Shown piece by piece: positions 1 to 11,017 of a stretch of 64,000 nt of DNA; positions within the stretch are counted from its first letter, which is position 1; each line of letters starts with the position of its first letter. The position numbers and the translations under genes are program-made. This DNA comes from Oopsacas minuta (taxonomy: Eukaryota; Animalia; Porifera): assembly GCA_024704765.1 (NCBI GenBank), contig JAKMXF010000311.1, positions 358,426-422,425 on the forward strand, given 5' to 3'. Under the pieces are notes generated by a model. It did no database searches. It was given only the letters and a program-made list of their open reading frames with translations, and was not told the DNA's origin.

Positions 1-667
1 AGTCTGTTAGTGTTAGACTGTGGATAAAGGCTGCAAAACTGCCAGAGTATGTGCTTTACTGTATCATTTACTCGTGTTACAAAGCTGCTTAACTTATGGA
101 TTATGGATAGCATACGACCTGTAAGGAAATTGTAAGTTTGTAATCGTAATAATGATTACAGGAAAATCTGCTATCGATAAATATACCTAGTTTGACTTGA
201 GCTTCTCCTTGCGCAGGTTCAGGTCTGTGAGTAGGATCTATCTTCACTGTTTTATCACTAATATCCTCATGTACAGGACCTTCTTCTTCGTACAGTAGTA
301 AGGGAGGAAGTAGTGTCTCATATAACTCTCTTTTAAGCTGTTTAACCTCATAACATAGAACTGATAATACTACAATTACTTTCGTGAGAACTACATTCTC
401 TGTCTTAGCTAGTTGTATGAAATTTGTGTGTTCATGTGGTGTAAGATTCCAGTCTATCGGAGAGTTATACATACTGGAGTCTGTAGTATCAGGACCTGCT
501 ATGGAGAGATTACCGATTGATAGGGCTTCTTTCATGGCATATAGTTGAGCTGAATAATCTGATATGAATGTGAGGTAAGCCTTTTGTTCCTTCTCTATGG
601 CAATTGTGTGTGAACCTTCATCAAATCCTGAAACCTCCCAGCCTTTTTCATTTGTTCTCTTTGCCAT
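1..667 (-). CDS. WASHC4: WASH complex subunit 4 (SWIP/KIAA1033), 5' part; exon 1 667-187, 68-nt intron, exon 2 118-<1
   Basis: WEVSGFDEGSHTI...QLAKTENVVLTKVIVVLSVLCYEVKQLK resembles the WASHC4 N-terminus. Splicing CTAG|gtatat...ttacag|GTCGT gives GRMLSIIHKLSSFVTRV, matching human GRFISFLQELSCFVTR. Confidence 0.88.
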
Positions 668-970
668 TAACTTAGATGTAGTAATACAAGAGATAGTAAC
701 TATTGCAAAATATAATCACTTTTTTGAGAAATATCGCGAGAACAATAAACCTGTTGAAAAGATTGCATGTCATAATCTTAAAAGGTGTGGATTGTAGAGA
801 GAACACAGAAAAACAAACTGTACAATTAATTATAACAGCAAATCAGAATATTATTCACAAGTTCCATAAAATAATTACATCAAATATGAAATTCAAATAT
901 CTACGATTCTACATCAAAGCTGCTTTTATCAATACTCCGCTAACACATATTTACACGGATAATATAACAC

Positions 971-3900
971 TTATTGTAATACCTCCAAACATACTTCACC
1001 ACCTGCTTTGAGTATAAGAGGCTCGGTCCGGTGATATTTAACGCAATCAGAAACAGACTCGAATTCTAGTTCGTTCTCCTTCTCTTCCCCGACCGAATAT
1101 TTGTTGTTGATCTTTTTACGTAATTTAAGATGACGTATTTCCCCCTGATAGTAAATAGAGAATGAATAGTTACCGGCTCCTTCCTTGGTTGATGGGCGTA
1201 CAACAAATCCTCCATCTTTATTATATTGACGGAGGAAGCTCTCACTTAGATGTCTATCAAAAGTATTTTTAAACCAAACTTGCTCCTCTAGTCTAGTGTT
1301 CTGAGGTGTTGGCGGCGGTTGGGTAGGCTTGAAAGCAGGGGTCGAGATATTTGGTTTGCGGGTAGAGGGCTTTGTTGGGGAGAGAGGGGGTGGTGCATGA
1401 GCTGGAGATACATCAGGCTTCGGAGCGAATGCTGCGAAACGTTTTGTTAATTCGTTTACGGGGGCAGAAGGCTTCTTAGGCTCAGGATTATTGTTTTGTA
1501 GGTAACTTGGTGTGTTATATTGTGGTTTGAAATGAGGAACTATTAGAGAAAGTAGAATAATATTTCGTGAAGTATAAAAGCTGATAATAGTTGAGGTGAG
1601 AGACTAGGTTAATGTCACAAACCCCAAAAGTCATGTCATGCTCTTTATGCTATCTTCATTCAATTTTCATGCAAAAGTTCACGGTTCATGCTATAAGTCA
1701 AAAGTTCAAGCGAAAGCCAAAATGAACTTTGTTCGAGATCTGGTAGCAATGAAAGAAATATACTATATCATATACTCACACTTTGGTGGTGCAAATGATG
1801 GAGGTACAAATTCCTCTTCACGATCTGGTACATCATATGTATCCTCTGTATCCAGAGGGGGAGTGACAGGGAGAGGAGGGGTACTTGGTCCTCGAGTGTG
1901 TCCTCCACCAAGCTGTAAGTTATCAGGCAGATCATAGCTGTCTTCTATGAGAGGATCAGGAGGAGGGTAAGTAGTAGCAGCTGGATTTAAGTTATCAGGA
2001 GTATCGTAGTCCTCATCTGGCTCTACGGGCAGAGGAGGAGTTGATCGACTAGAAATAGACATTTTGATAATAAGTGCATTTATCAGTACTAAACTTCATT
2101 GTTTGAATATTATCACTCGTTCTATATAACGGGGAGTTGATTGTATAATACAAGAGCTCGAGACGAAATACAAAATTGCTAAATTGTATATTTTTCTAAA
2201 CAAACAACAACAAACACTACTCACACAAATAACGATGTAACAATAATGTATACTCATACACAAACATAGTGATGCAGGTTGCTGGAGTAACCCGTAATAT
2301 CGAGGGTAACATACCCTTATAGAAACCACGTACACCCTCATTCCTAGCCGTCATAACGGTTGTCTGGATAATACCTCTATATAAATCATTTTTACTCTGT
2401 ATACGGAAGCGTATAACTTGATACGGATATGTAGGTATAACTGCTAACACCTTTGAAACAGCTGATAACGATATATACACATACCACGGTATATTAATAT
2501 TATTATTATTATTATATTGTTTGTATATAGTTTTCAATCTATCGTATGAAACTATCTGCACAACACCGTGAGAAACTCCAATAACTCCAGCTATATAACC
2601 TCTATAGAGACCAAATATCCCTTCATTTCTCCATATTTTATTCAACCCATCAAATACATTACGGTAATAATACGTATCTGTATATTGAGTTGATTGTAAT
2701 ATCATTCGAGTCTTTACAACCCAGATAGGGTTTGTAATAGATAATGTAGTTACCCCTGATAAACAGGCTGATAGTAACTGATGTTTCATTGTGATTTCTT
2801 CTCCGTTAGCGAGGCTAAATTTTAATATATCGTATAGATACAGGAATACCCCCCAGGATATGCTGGAACCTATCAAATTTGGTGTTACCCCTTGGTAGAA
2901 ACCTTTCATGCCAGAAGTTCTGTATATAACTTGCAATGCATTTGATAAGCCTGTGTATTTGTGGTGGATTATTCGGCTGTTTGAGCCGTCATTAACCGCG
3001 AGGCGTGTTTTCAATACTTCAAACGGATGTAGTGTGAATGTTGCTATTATTCCACCGGAAAATCCTCCTATTAGATGTGGTATACTCCTATTGGTAGGTT
3101 TCGCGATTGTTGAAGTAATATTTTTATCATTCATTACGTGTAAATATATTCGCTAACAGGTTTACGTAAAGTTTATAGAAATTCAACTTCAAAATATAAT
3201 AAAGGCGGGACAGAAGGTACAAATTTAGCGGGGAATCGCGGGACGTGAAATACTTGCATTAGACTGAACAAGAAAAGAGCAGGGTTTTCTGGCAATTTTT
3301 GGCGGGACTTTAGCTTCAAATCAAAACATACCCGAAACTGCGGGACGTACCTCCAAAACCGGAACAGTTAGCTAACATGCAACAAAGAGATTCTTACGCC
3401 TACGCATTTATTGAAAGTTATTGACTTAACTCTGCTTACAACTAATGAAAACTGGTTCCGTAAAGCACTTTCGTCATAACGAAAGTATACAGTCACTTCA
3501 AAATGTTAATCTATTGATAAAGTAACGCTAAAATTTACAGTTCAAAGTATGTCAAATCATGTGATCTATAAATCTACACACCCAGGTTTCCATAGAATGT
3601 AACACTTAGAATAGACCCATATATAATCAGTACACACCCAAATAAACTAAAATTCTAAATTGCGATTATTGTTCTGTTAAATGGTTTGTACTTTTGTTGA
3701 ATTTATCGCTTTTGCCTCAGTTTTAGGTGTTTGTATTATAATAAATACGATATTTATTATTGTGTACGCAATTATTCTTGTCTGTGTACAAACACATAAG
3801 AGTACGCCGGTAACTCCTATTGATGATTTGAAATCTGTCAGTCAATCGCCTCTATTATCCGACAAGAAAACACCAGAGAGTGGTCTACCAGCACCATGCT

Positions 3901-6314
3901 CTGGACAGGTTTTCACGAATGTACATCGTGAACAGAGTATTGTACGAAAACAGCTGGACAGAGTGGCCATGGAAGCGATCTATGGAGCGGACAACTTGGA
4001 GTTAGAACTTCACAGACCGCGTGAAATTCCCATAGGAGGCAAGATATCTGAAAAAGCAAATATCTTTGAGAATCCACAAATATCCACTCCAACACGAGAC
4101 GTACCCAAACTGGATTTAGAGAAAGGTAAAGTGAATGAATTATCTCATAAATTCAAATCAGGTCATAATATACCAATTGGTCTACAATATAAACAGAAAC
4201 AAGTAGAGGAAGCTATACCGGAAGTACCGGAAGAGGAAAAGAAAGAGAAAAAGAAAGCTCCAAAGCCGAAAAAGGTTCAAAAGGCCGCGAAAGATCCGCC
4301 CAGTGTGTTCAAGGGTCGCCACCAACGAGATGAATTCCTTGACTCGGAATTCGCGGAGTTGATGGATCAGACAAACAAACGTCTCGCAGAATACACACTA
4401 GCTGGTATCGTCGAACCTGACGTGCAAATCTTCGCGAATCAACATCTTACACAGCAAAACATCAAACATTCTCAATTAGAATTCAACAAAACAGCATTCC
4501 TTTCAAAAACCATAGATACACATTCTCGTAAACTGAGTGACCAGAAAAATATGATACTTATGGCTCAATCTGTGTTCGATGATTTTGATTATGAAACAGA
4601 TGAGAAGAAAGCTAGCCTAAAGAGTGTAAATTCTCAAAAGACAGAGGTTACTGATCTCAGTCAGGAATATCATAGAAAGTGAATTTACGCTTCCCTAAAT
4701 ATTTATTTTTATAATCTTATCTATTTGTAGGTCTCTATCTATTATTATTTATGTTTTGACTGAATTGTGGCAATTAATTCCCAATATCCAGCATAATACT
4801 GTAGTACCCAATCTGGGGTCTATGAGGATAATGGTGGTCCACAAGATCTGAAAAATTGGATTGTAGTCGATGGGAAGGTCCCATGGGTGAAAATGTTGAG
4901 AACAGCTGATTTAGATGGATTACTGAATGCGTACAGTTAACTCCAGTTATATATAAGCTCATACGATAATACTTCAATATAACCGAAGTTAATTTTACTG
5001 TTCGAAGTATCCGTGTTGAGTTGACTGTAACTCCAAAATGTAATTTCCAGCAAAACTCACTGCAAACTAACCTTTGATAATTCATCCTCTGTGTGGGATA
5101 AGCTGGCATAATACAGTCATCTGGAGCATCATACGTCTCTTCTCTATCATCATCTGGTCCCATATACAGATCCTCGGTATCAGAGGGTTTTAACGGCGGT
5201 GTAGATGGACCCGGGTAATTCATCCTCTGTGCATGGTATGGTGATATTATTTGATCTGTATCAGGTGCGTCATATGTGTCTTCTCCATCTGGTGCTATGT
5301 ACAAGTCTTCAGAGTCTGAGGTTTCCAATGGAGGAGTAGAAGGAGCTACTTGTTGCTAGAATTATGTAAATGTTAATAAACACATTATAAGGCTACTTGT
5401 TTCAGCTCTACCCCCCAGCTTAAATTTATCTGCTGAATTATTTCACGATTTTCTCAGTGAAATTCAACTACACAATATCTACACTAACTAACGGGTGAAT
5501 AGTAGTGATTTTATCTTCACAGACCTCCTTTAACACGCGTAATTAACATATTTAGAAGTAGAGTTAGCTAGGGTATAAATCGAGAATTCATTACCTGTTT
5601 ATAAGCATGGTAATTGCTGGAATATCCATTAGTGACATTAGTACGTCCATGGTTGATATCATCAGGAGCTGCATAATCCTCATCACCTGATAGAGGGGGT
5701 GTACTGGGTTGGTGTGTTGGATATGATGTCATCTGTTTACCACCAAACTATAAATATTAAAAGTAACTCAATTTCACTAATAGTATCATTTTATAGATAG
5801 TGGAGAAATTAGTGTGTAACCTCCACAAACCGAGAGCTAGTGACGCCGAAAATGCTACCACGTTTTGCAAGTTCATTTGTATGAGACAAGGAATTCGCGA
5901 TATTTTTATTTCACTCCGTTTCTAGTAGTTCCCGATCTGTTGAGGTTATACTGAATTGTAATTAGAACATAACTATCTCACCATATCGTTACCACCATCC
6001 TGTAATTCACCAGGAGCAACATACTCATCATCAAATGATCCTGTACTAGTACTCTTGGGTAGACAGGGCTCTTGTGGGAGAGGTACAGGAGCTTTAGGAG
6101 GCTTCCAGGTTCCTGGATATGGATTTGTAGTACGTTGGGGTAATTGAGGTTCAATTGCTTCAGAGGAGTACCCAGGTTTGGTGCTGTTGAGTGGCTTAGG
6201 TGGGAGTGTGTTACCACTGTATGGTGAACGACCTGGGAGGGGTGGGGCATCACTCCTCGGGTCTCTACCCATCTTCTTGGGTTCCTTTCCTTTCTTAGCA
6301 AAATACTTTGACAT
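971..6314 (-). CDS. BLNK/SLP-76-family adaptor (acidic YxxP motifs, Pro-rich region, C-terminal SH2); exons 6314-5982, 5747-5595, 5355-5072, 2048-1780, 1539-971; about 535 aa
   Basis: All junctions are GT-AG and phase-compatible (0,0,2,1). The last exon is missing from the ORF track and encodes WFKNTFDRHLSESFLRQYNKDGGFVVRPST...YSVGEEKENELEFESVSDCVKYHRTEPLIL, similar to the BLNK/SLP-76 SH2 domain. Confidence 0.72.
2217..3134 (-). CDS. SLC25A32: Mitochondrial folate/FAD carrier, intronless, nested in the adaptor intron
   Basis: Three carrier repeats with signature motifs PFEVLKTR, PIWVVKTR and PYQVIRFR. YQGVTPNLIGSSISWG and RVTPATCITMFVYE match SLC25A32/MFT. Confidence 0.92.
   Translation of the reverse strand: MNDKNITSTIAKPTNRSIPHLIGGFSGGIIATFTLHPFEVLKTRLAVNDGSNSRIIHHKYTGLSNALQVIYRTSGMKGFYQGVTPNLIGSSISWGVFLYLYDILKFSLANGEEITMKHQLLSACLSGVTTLSITNPIWVVKTRMILQSTQYTDTYYYRNVFDGLNKIWRNEGIFGLYRGYIAGVIGVSHGVVQIVSYDRLKTIYKQYNNNNNINIPWYVYISLSAVSKVLAVIPTYPYQVIRFRIQSKNDLYRGIIQTTVMTARNEGVRGFYKGMLPSILRVTPATCITMFVYEYTLLLHRYLCE
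3681..4682 (+). CDS. Hypothetical charged, low-complexity protein (start uncertain; ATG 3681 with a hydrophobic N-terminus, or an internal ATG)
   Basis: 333-codon ORF, more GC-rich than its flanks; no recognisable domain. Confidence 0.55.
   Translation: MVCTFVEFIAFASVLGVCIIINTIFIIVYAIILVCVQTHKSTPVTPIDDLKSVSQSPLLSDKKTPESGLPAPCSGQVFTNVHREQSIVRKQLDRVAMEAIYGADNLELELHRPREIPIGGKISEKANIFENPQISTPTRDVPKLDLEKGKVNELSHKFKSGHNIPIGLQYKQKQVEEAIPEVPEEEKKEKKKAPKPKKVQKAAKDPPSVFKGRHQRDEFLDSEFAELMDQTNKRLAEYTLAGIVEPDVQIFANQHLTQQNIKHSQLEFNKTAFLSKTIDTHSRKLSDQKNMILMAQSVFDDFDYETDEKKASLKSVNSQKTEVTDLSQEYHRK
5812..5952. mobile_element. pogo-like MITE (family 2, TIR about CAGTGWAACCTCCACAAAC)
   Basis: gtgtaacctccacaaac ... 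ctgttgaggttatactg. Related copies at about 34140-34260, 40425-40528 and 42936 onward. Confidence 0.55.
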
Positions 6315-6357
6315 AGTGCTAGTGTATGTACAGTCGTGGACTATGTAGTTCACAATA

Positions 6358-6492
6358 CAGTCAATTCTAGTTATATCGAAGCACAAGGGAGAGAGATAAT
6401 TACTTTGATATAAGCGATGATATGTTACTCTACGGCTCGTTTGGGACCATGTTTGTACAATAGCAGACTTCAATATAAGCGGAAGTTAACTG
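6358..6492. mobile_element. pogo/Tigger-like MITE (family 1, TIR about CAGTCAACTCCCGTTATATCGAA)
   Basis: TA-cagtcaattctagttatatcgaa ... ttcaatataagcggaagttaactg-TA: imperfect terminal inverted repeats with TA on both sides. Related copies at 4934-5027, about 24708-24806 and 43605-43746; solo ends near 2125, 11525, 17400, 20865, 22715 and 39955. Confidence 0.75.
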
Positions 6493-6585
6493 TAACTTAA
6501 TTGCAATATTTACTGTTGATTTGGATAATATTATTATTGATAATTCATTATTTATACACATTATCCATTCAGTAATAAATACGTG

Positions 6586-7404
6586 TTAATAAGATTTACT
6601 CTTAGAAGCAGAATACCTTTCTTCAAATTTATCATATCCCTTCTTGGTCTGGAATTCAGTCTGTGAGAAGAGATTTCCCTCAACTTTCAGCAAACTTATC
6701 TTAGAAACAGTCAATATTTCAGTGGGAATTCCCTCAAGCTTGAGTCTATTATTTTCAACTTTTAGTACTTTTAAGTATGGACAATTTGCCATCTCAATTG
6801 GTAGTGACGTAATACTATTAGTGCTTATATTCAATTCGTGTGCATTTAGGTCTGCCATACAAACTGGTAGTTCACTGATATTATTATAAGAGAGGTCTAT
6901 TATGGCTATGTTTGGGAGGAAAGTGAGGGAGATTGGGAACGATGGGAATAAATTATTTGATAATTCTAGACTTTTTAGTGATTTTAAGCTAAGAAAAGTC
7001 TCTGGTAGTGTAGCTAGTCTGTTGTTTGAGAGGTTTAGGATTTCTAGCCTTTTGCATAGACCAATGTCATCTGGTAATTGTTCTATTTGGTTTGTGTGTA
7101 AGGTCAGAGCACGGAGAGATTGAAAAGCCGCGATTTCCGGGGGAACTTGTACGATACAGTTCCGAGATAAATCAAGTGTTCGTAGATTCTTTAACTGGAA
7201 TATCTCAACAGGGAAATTACACAGTTTGTAATCTTTAAAAGTGAATACACCAATAGTAGAGGCTTGCTTTAGGTGTAGAGAGAGGGATTGGGCCTTATTA
7301 GGAGTTCCTCTAACCTTGCTTAGTCCTGTAGATTGTACAGATGCTGGTTTTGTTGTTGGTTGAGGTTTTGGTTTGGGATCTGCTTGCGGTAGATTATTAC
7401 CCAT
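6586..7404 (-). CDS. LRRC57: Leucine-rich repeat-containing protein 57
   Basis: MGN start, GVFTFKD, LRR array, and C-terminal KVEGNLF...KGYDKFEERYSASKSK matching the LRRC57 end. Confidence 0.88.
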   Translation of the reverse strand: MGNNLPQADPKPKPQPTTKPASVQSTGLSKVRGTPNKAQSLSLHLKQASTIGVFTFKDYKLCNFPVEIFQLKNLRTLDLSRNCIVQVPPEIAAFQSLRALTLHTNQIEQLPDDIGLCKRLEILNLSNNRLATLPETFLSLKSLKSLELSNNLFPSFPISLTFLPNIAIIDLSYNNISELPVCMADLNAHELNISTNSITSLPIEMANCPYLKVLKVENNRLKLEGIPTEILTVSKISLLKVEGNLFSQTEFQTKKGYDKFEERYSASKSKSY

Positions 7405-7547
7405 TCTAATATGCATGAACTTATACAAGAAATAAATAATTGATTTAGTAATCTCACATACTTTTTAGTTATATCAAATATGATATCTAATATTGATAAA
7501 TATACTACATTCAATCATTTCCACCCATTTTCATACTACGAGTATAC

Positions 7548-8684
7548 TCACTTCAGCTTGAGTAATATATTCTGTATAATAGTATAAGAGGCATCTCTAC
7601 CGTGATAATCTATATGTCCTCTCTGCCAATCAAATCTCCATTGTTTTTCGTCGATAACTTCCTCTATATCTTCTTGTTCAATAATCGGAGCTTCTAGATT
7701 CAATTCTTCCATTTCTGCTTCTGGGATTTTATGTACAGGCTCAACTTCTTCATGGTTACCGACATGATCATTTGGAATGTTGATAATGACATCATCTTCA
7801 AGCTCAGCAGTATGTTCTATTGTAACATCAGGTAATATGGTATGTGTGTGATCAAGTGAAATTTTAATTTGTGGAATTTCATGCTCTGTTTTGGATTTAT
7901 GAACTTCATTCCTGTTGAAGTATGTATCTTTCTCATTATAAAAGTCCCACCATTTAGCATAGAACTCGTCCCTACTGGTATCAAGGTTCTTGCCTACATT
8001 TTCACTCGATACGTAACAAGGCCGCAACCAAGGTTTATCCAGGCCTAAGAAATGCAGGACACGGATATCACGTTTAAACTTCAGAATAGCAGCGTTATAG
8101 AAATAAGACATATTGATTGCAACATTAAAGATGAAAGGCAATCGTTTATCCTGTTCATTAACCCAATTAACCCAGTAAGTGTTAAACAGGCCCTGATCAC
8201 CTCCATCAAACGATCCCACGTCACCAGCAAGCTTCAGGAGGTTACGGTATGTCTCTAGGCAAGGTTTGAATACGAATACACCCGAATTGAAACAATCAGG
8301 CCAGCCGATATCTGGAGCAGCTGACAACTCGTCTCTACAGAATAACTCATCTATATTACGTAGCACTATAGTATCCGCGTCAAGGAATACACAAGTTTTG
8401 AATTGGATTAATTCCCATACGAGGAGTTTTGAAAATGTAACACCTAATTCAGGACGTCCGATCAGTGACAGGTGCCTAATATCTTTGCTATCTAACACGT
8501 CTATTTGTATGATCTCATCCCATATAGTTCTTAAGTTATTTCTAAGCTCTTGATTTACACCATCAGATACTAGAACAACTTTTCTATACTTTGTATCTGT
8601 TTTGCATAGAGATATGCCCAGTGCAACAGCTCCGTGGTAATAGTACTCGTTTGTTATAATTGTGACGTAAGCGTTGTCTATCAT
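7548..8684 (-). CDS. GYG1: Glycogenin (GT8)
   Basis: NAYVTIITNEYY, FLDADT (DxD), PDIGWPDCFNSGVFV, FDGGDQG, SYFY autoglucosylation Tyr region, and C-terminal WQRGHIDYHG glycogen-synthase-binding motif. Confidence 0.93.
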   Translation of the reverse strand: MIDNAYVTIITNEYYYHGAVALGISLCKTDTKYRKVVLVSDGVNQELRNNLRTIWDEIIQIDVLDSKDIRHLSLIGRPELGVTFSKLLVWELIQFKTCVFLDADTIVLRNIDELFCRDELSAAPDIGWPDCFNSGVFVFKPCLETYRNLLKLAGDVGSFDGGDQGLFNTYWVNWVNEQDKRLPFIFNVAINMSYFYNAAILKFKRDIRVLHFLGLDKPWLRPCYVSSENVGKNLDTSRDEFYAKWWDFYNEKDTYFNRNEVHKSKTEHEIPQIKISLDHTHTILPDVTIEHTAELEDDVIINIPNDHVGNHEEVEPVHKIPEAEMEELNLEAPIIEQEDIEEVIDEKQWRFDWQRGHIDYHGRDASYTIIQNILLKLK

Positions 8685-8766
8685 AACAACGAAAACTAAC
8701 TAATGGCATACTTATTCGTTAAGAAATATTTAGGTTTCAGTTAATTTAGATCTAGCTAGCTATAAC

Positions 8767-8978
8767 ACAGTCAGAATAGGGTTTTTTGCTACCTTGATCA
8801 CTTCAAAAATTGTATTTAATGTATATTTTCTGGCTATTTTCCCTCTCAGTTCCTGTCTCTCTTTCATTCGTCAAGTTTGTGAAAAATTCTCGATTTCGAG
8901 TGCAATTTTTATTAGTAAAAATGAAATATCATCTCATTTCCGTGAATTTTTGGGGCAAAAACCCCCGATTTCGACTGT
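8767..8978. mobile_element. About 210-bp MITE-like element
   Basis: acagtcagaatagggttttttgc ... gcaaaaacccccgatttcgactgt form imperfect terminal inverted repeats. Confidence 0.5.
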
Positions 8979-9054
8979 ATTGTAGTTGGTAACATTTGGA
9001 AAATGTTGCAACTAATTTTACTGGAATTATATAACTTTGCTGGAAAGTACAGAC

Positions 9055-9648
9055 CTGTTGTATGACAGTTTTACTACCTCTATTACTGGTACCATGGATG
9101 CTCTATATCCATGGCAGAGTTACTACCTTACATGACAGAATTATTACCCTTTGATCGTATAACTCAACTCTTAGTTCTTATGACACTGATAATAATGCAT
9201 TTGTTTCTGCTTGAGAGTTATATTAATAGCGATATGTCTACTCACTTCATATATTTCGAAATTGTTACTTTTGCTAAATATAATAGCAATTATATATTCT
9301 AAAATATATGAATTTGATGAACTACAACAGTTACGTTAGGGTTAGACAATTAATTGGCCATCGGGACACATTACTAAGAAACACAAATTATGAAAGTATT
9401 GTAGGTCATCCACCACTCAACGACCATCGTATCACTAAACCTGTAGTTATGTAATATAACTCTCAAGCAGAAACAAAGAAACCATTGAAAATGCATTATT
9501 ATCAGTGTCATAAGAACTAAGTGTTGAGTTATACGATTCATGTCATGATCAAAGGGTAATAATTCTGTCAAGTAAGGTAGTAACTCTGTCATGCATATAG
9601 AGCATCCATGGTACCAGTAATAGAGGTAGTAAAACTGTCATACAACAG
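9055..9648. repeat. Long inverted repeat (arms 9055-9224 and 9453-9648, spacer about 228 bp)
   Basis: The arms are near reverse complements (ctgttgtatgacagttttactacctctattactggtaccatggatgctctatat...) with small indels. This explains the mirror ORFs 9111-9302(+) and 9374-9592(-). Confidence 0.9.
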
Positions 9649-9736
9649 ACCTAATTTGCCATATATCATATTACTTATGATATGTGTAACTATAAATTGG
9701 ATATCTTACAAATATACACAAAAAATTCTTACTATT

Positions 9737-10829
9737 ATGGCAACTCTACACCCAATGGAAACTGAATATACGATTCTTCCTCAAAGATTTGATGATGGCG
9801 GGGCGGAAGATAAGTTCGATGTAAGGTTAGATTATAGTGGGCGTGGGATGGGGGAAGAAAGACCAAAACCAGAACCAATAAAAAAGCCCGAATTAACCGA
9901 AGAAGAGAAGGTCGAACAGGCAAAAATACAGATTCTAAAAGATGCGAATAGAATAACAGAATTGGATTTGTTGACTAAATTAGCAGAAAAGATAACTCCA
10001 ACACAAGTTAGTGATATTAAGATTACTATGAAAATCTATAAGGAAGATTGGAAGGAAGCAATGAATGGACCTGGTTTAATTAAGTATTTGGATGAATTAA
10101 GCAAGAGCGAACCAAAACCGAATCGATTCAGTCCAAAGGATTATGATACTCCACCGGAGTATAATGCTGGGGTCTTAGCAGGGTATCTATTCAATATAGG
10201 TAAGTCAAAAGTTTATGCCAAATCCAAAATCACTGAACTTTGCCCTTGATCTGGCAACTGTGTACGCTCGTTTACACGTTATAAATGCAAAAATATTGTT
10301 TTGAGTGACGTACTATCTAGGTTTATATCAGTTGAGCAATGAAGCAAGATGGATTGAAGCAATAACTAGTATAGATGAACCTAAAGAGGAAGCAACAGTA
10401 GAACATTTCTTCGATAATTTGGTGGATAAACTGAAAAATAATAAAGAATTGTACTCAGAACTCAGATATAAAGCCGAAAATTATCCACGTAAAGTAGGAC
10501 AAGTAAGTACATACTATACTTTAGATGTGATGGGAGTTGACTGTAGTTATATTTGTGTTTGACTTAATATTGTATTTTAGATTCTGGAAGAATTATCTCA
10601 AGAAGGATATTTCCAGAGAAATTTAATAGAATTTTGTGCAACACTTGATTATAAAGGAAAATTCAAAATAAGAGAAGAGTTGCAAAAAGAATATTTGAAG
10701 TCATTTGACCGGAAGTATAAGGATGTGGAATTTAAGACAGAATTCTCAAGATTAGCTAGTAAATTGGCGAGTACAGAAGGAGAGAGCGTAGAAGATGATT
10801 ACAGTGATTACAGTGATTACAGTGATTGA
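9737..10829 (+). CDS. 3-exon hypothetical protein (9737-10199, 10321-10502, 10581-10829; 297 aa), possibly with two death-effector-like domains
   Basis: Phase-compatible GT-AG junctions. Two helical blocks have DED-like hydrophobic periodicity; acidic DDYSDYSDYSD tail. Confidence 0.6.
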
Positions 10830-10920
10830 AATGTGAATTTTGATTTTCATAATATTTTCACTACTTGTAGATATTCTGTGTGATATTATAAGTCAATAAT
10901 AAATTATGAATTTATTAAGT

Positions 10921-11017
10921 GGGTCCCAATTTGGAGTACATGGATCTCTTGGGGGACCACAGAATGTGCTAAAATTGGTATAGGGGCCCGTGGGCGAAAA
11001 AAGGTTGAGAACCGTTG
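10921..11017. mobile_element. hAT/Charlie-like terminal remnant
   Basis: aaaaaggttgagaaccgttg is the reverse complement of CAACGGTTCTCAACCTTTTT, a Charlie-type TIR, and is followed by acctagag. Confidence 0.45.

Noticed and set aside
5973-6473. Extended N-terminus MKSAIVQTWSQ... of the adaptor ORF
   Set aside because: The extension runs through the MITE at 6358-6492; ATG 6314 is the more plausible start.
8766-8790. CACAGTC...GGGTTTTTTG resembling a V(D)J recombination signal or Transib end
   Set aside because: The nonamer-like part is in the wrong orientation and spacing, the other end reads GACTGTA, and there is no RAG/Transib ORF; kept only as a generic MITE.
9111-9592. Mirror ORFs MAELLPY.../MTELLPY... 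suggesting duplicated small genes
   Set aside because: They are by-products of the inverted repeat; short, with no coding signature.
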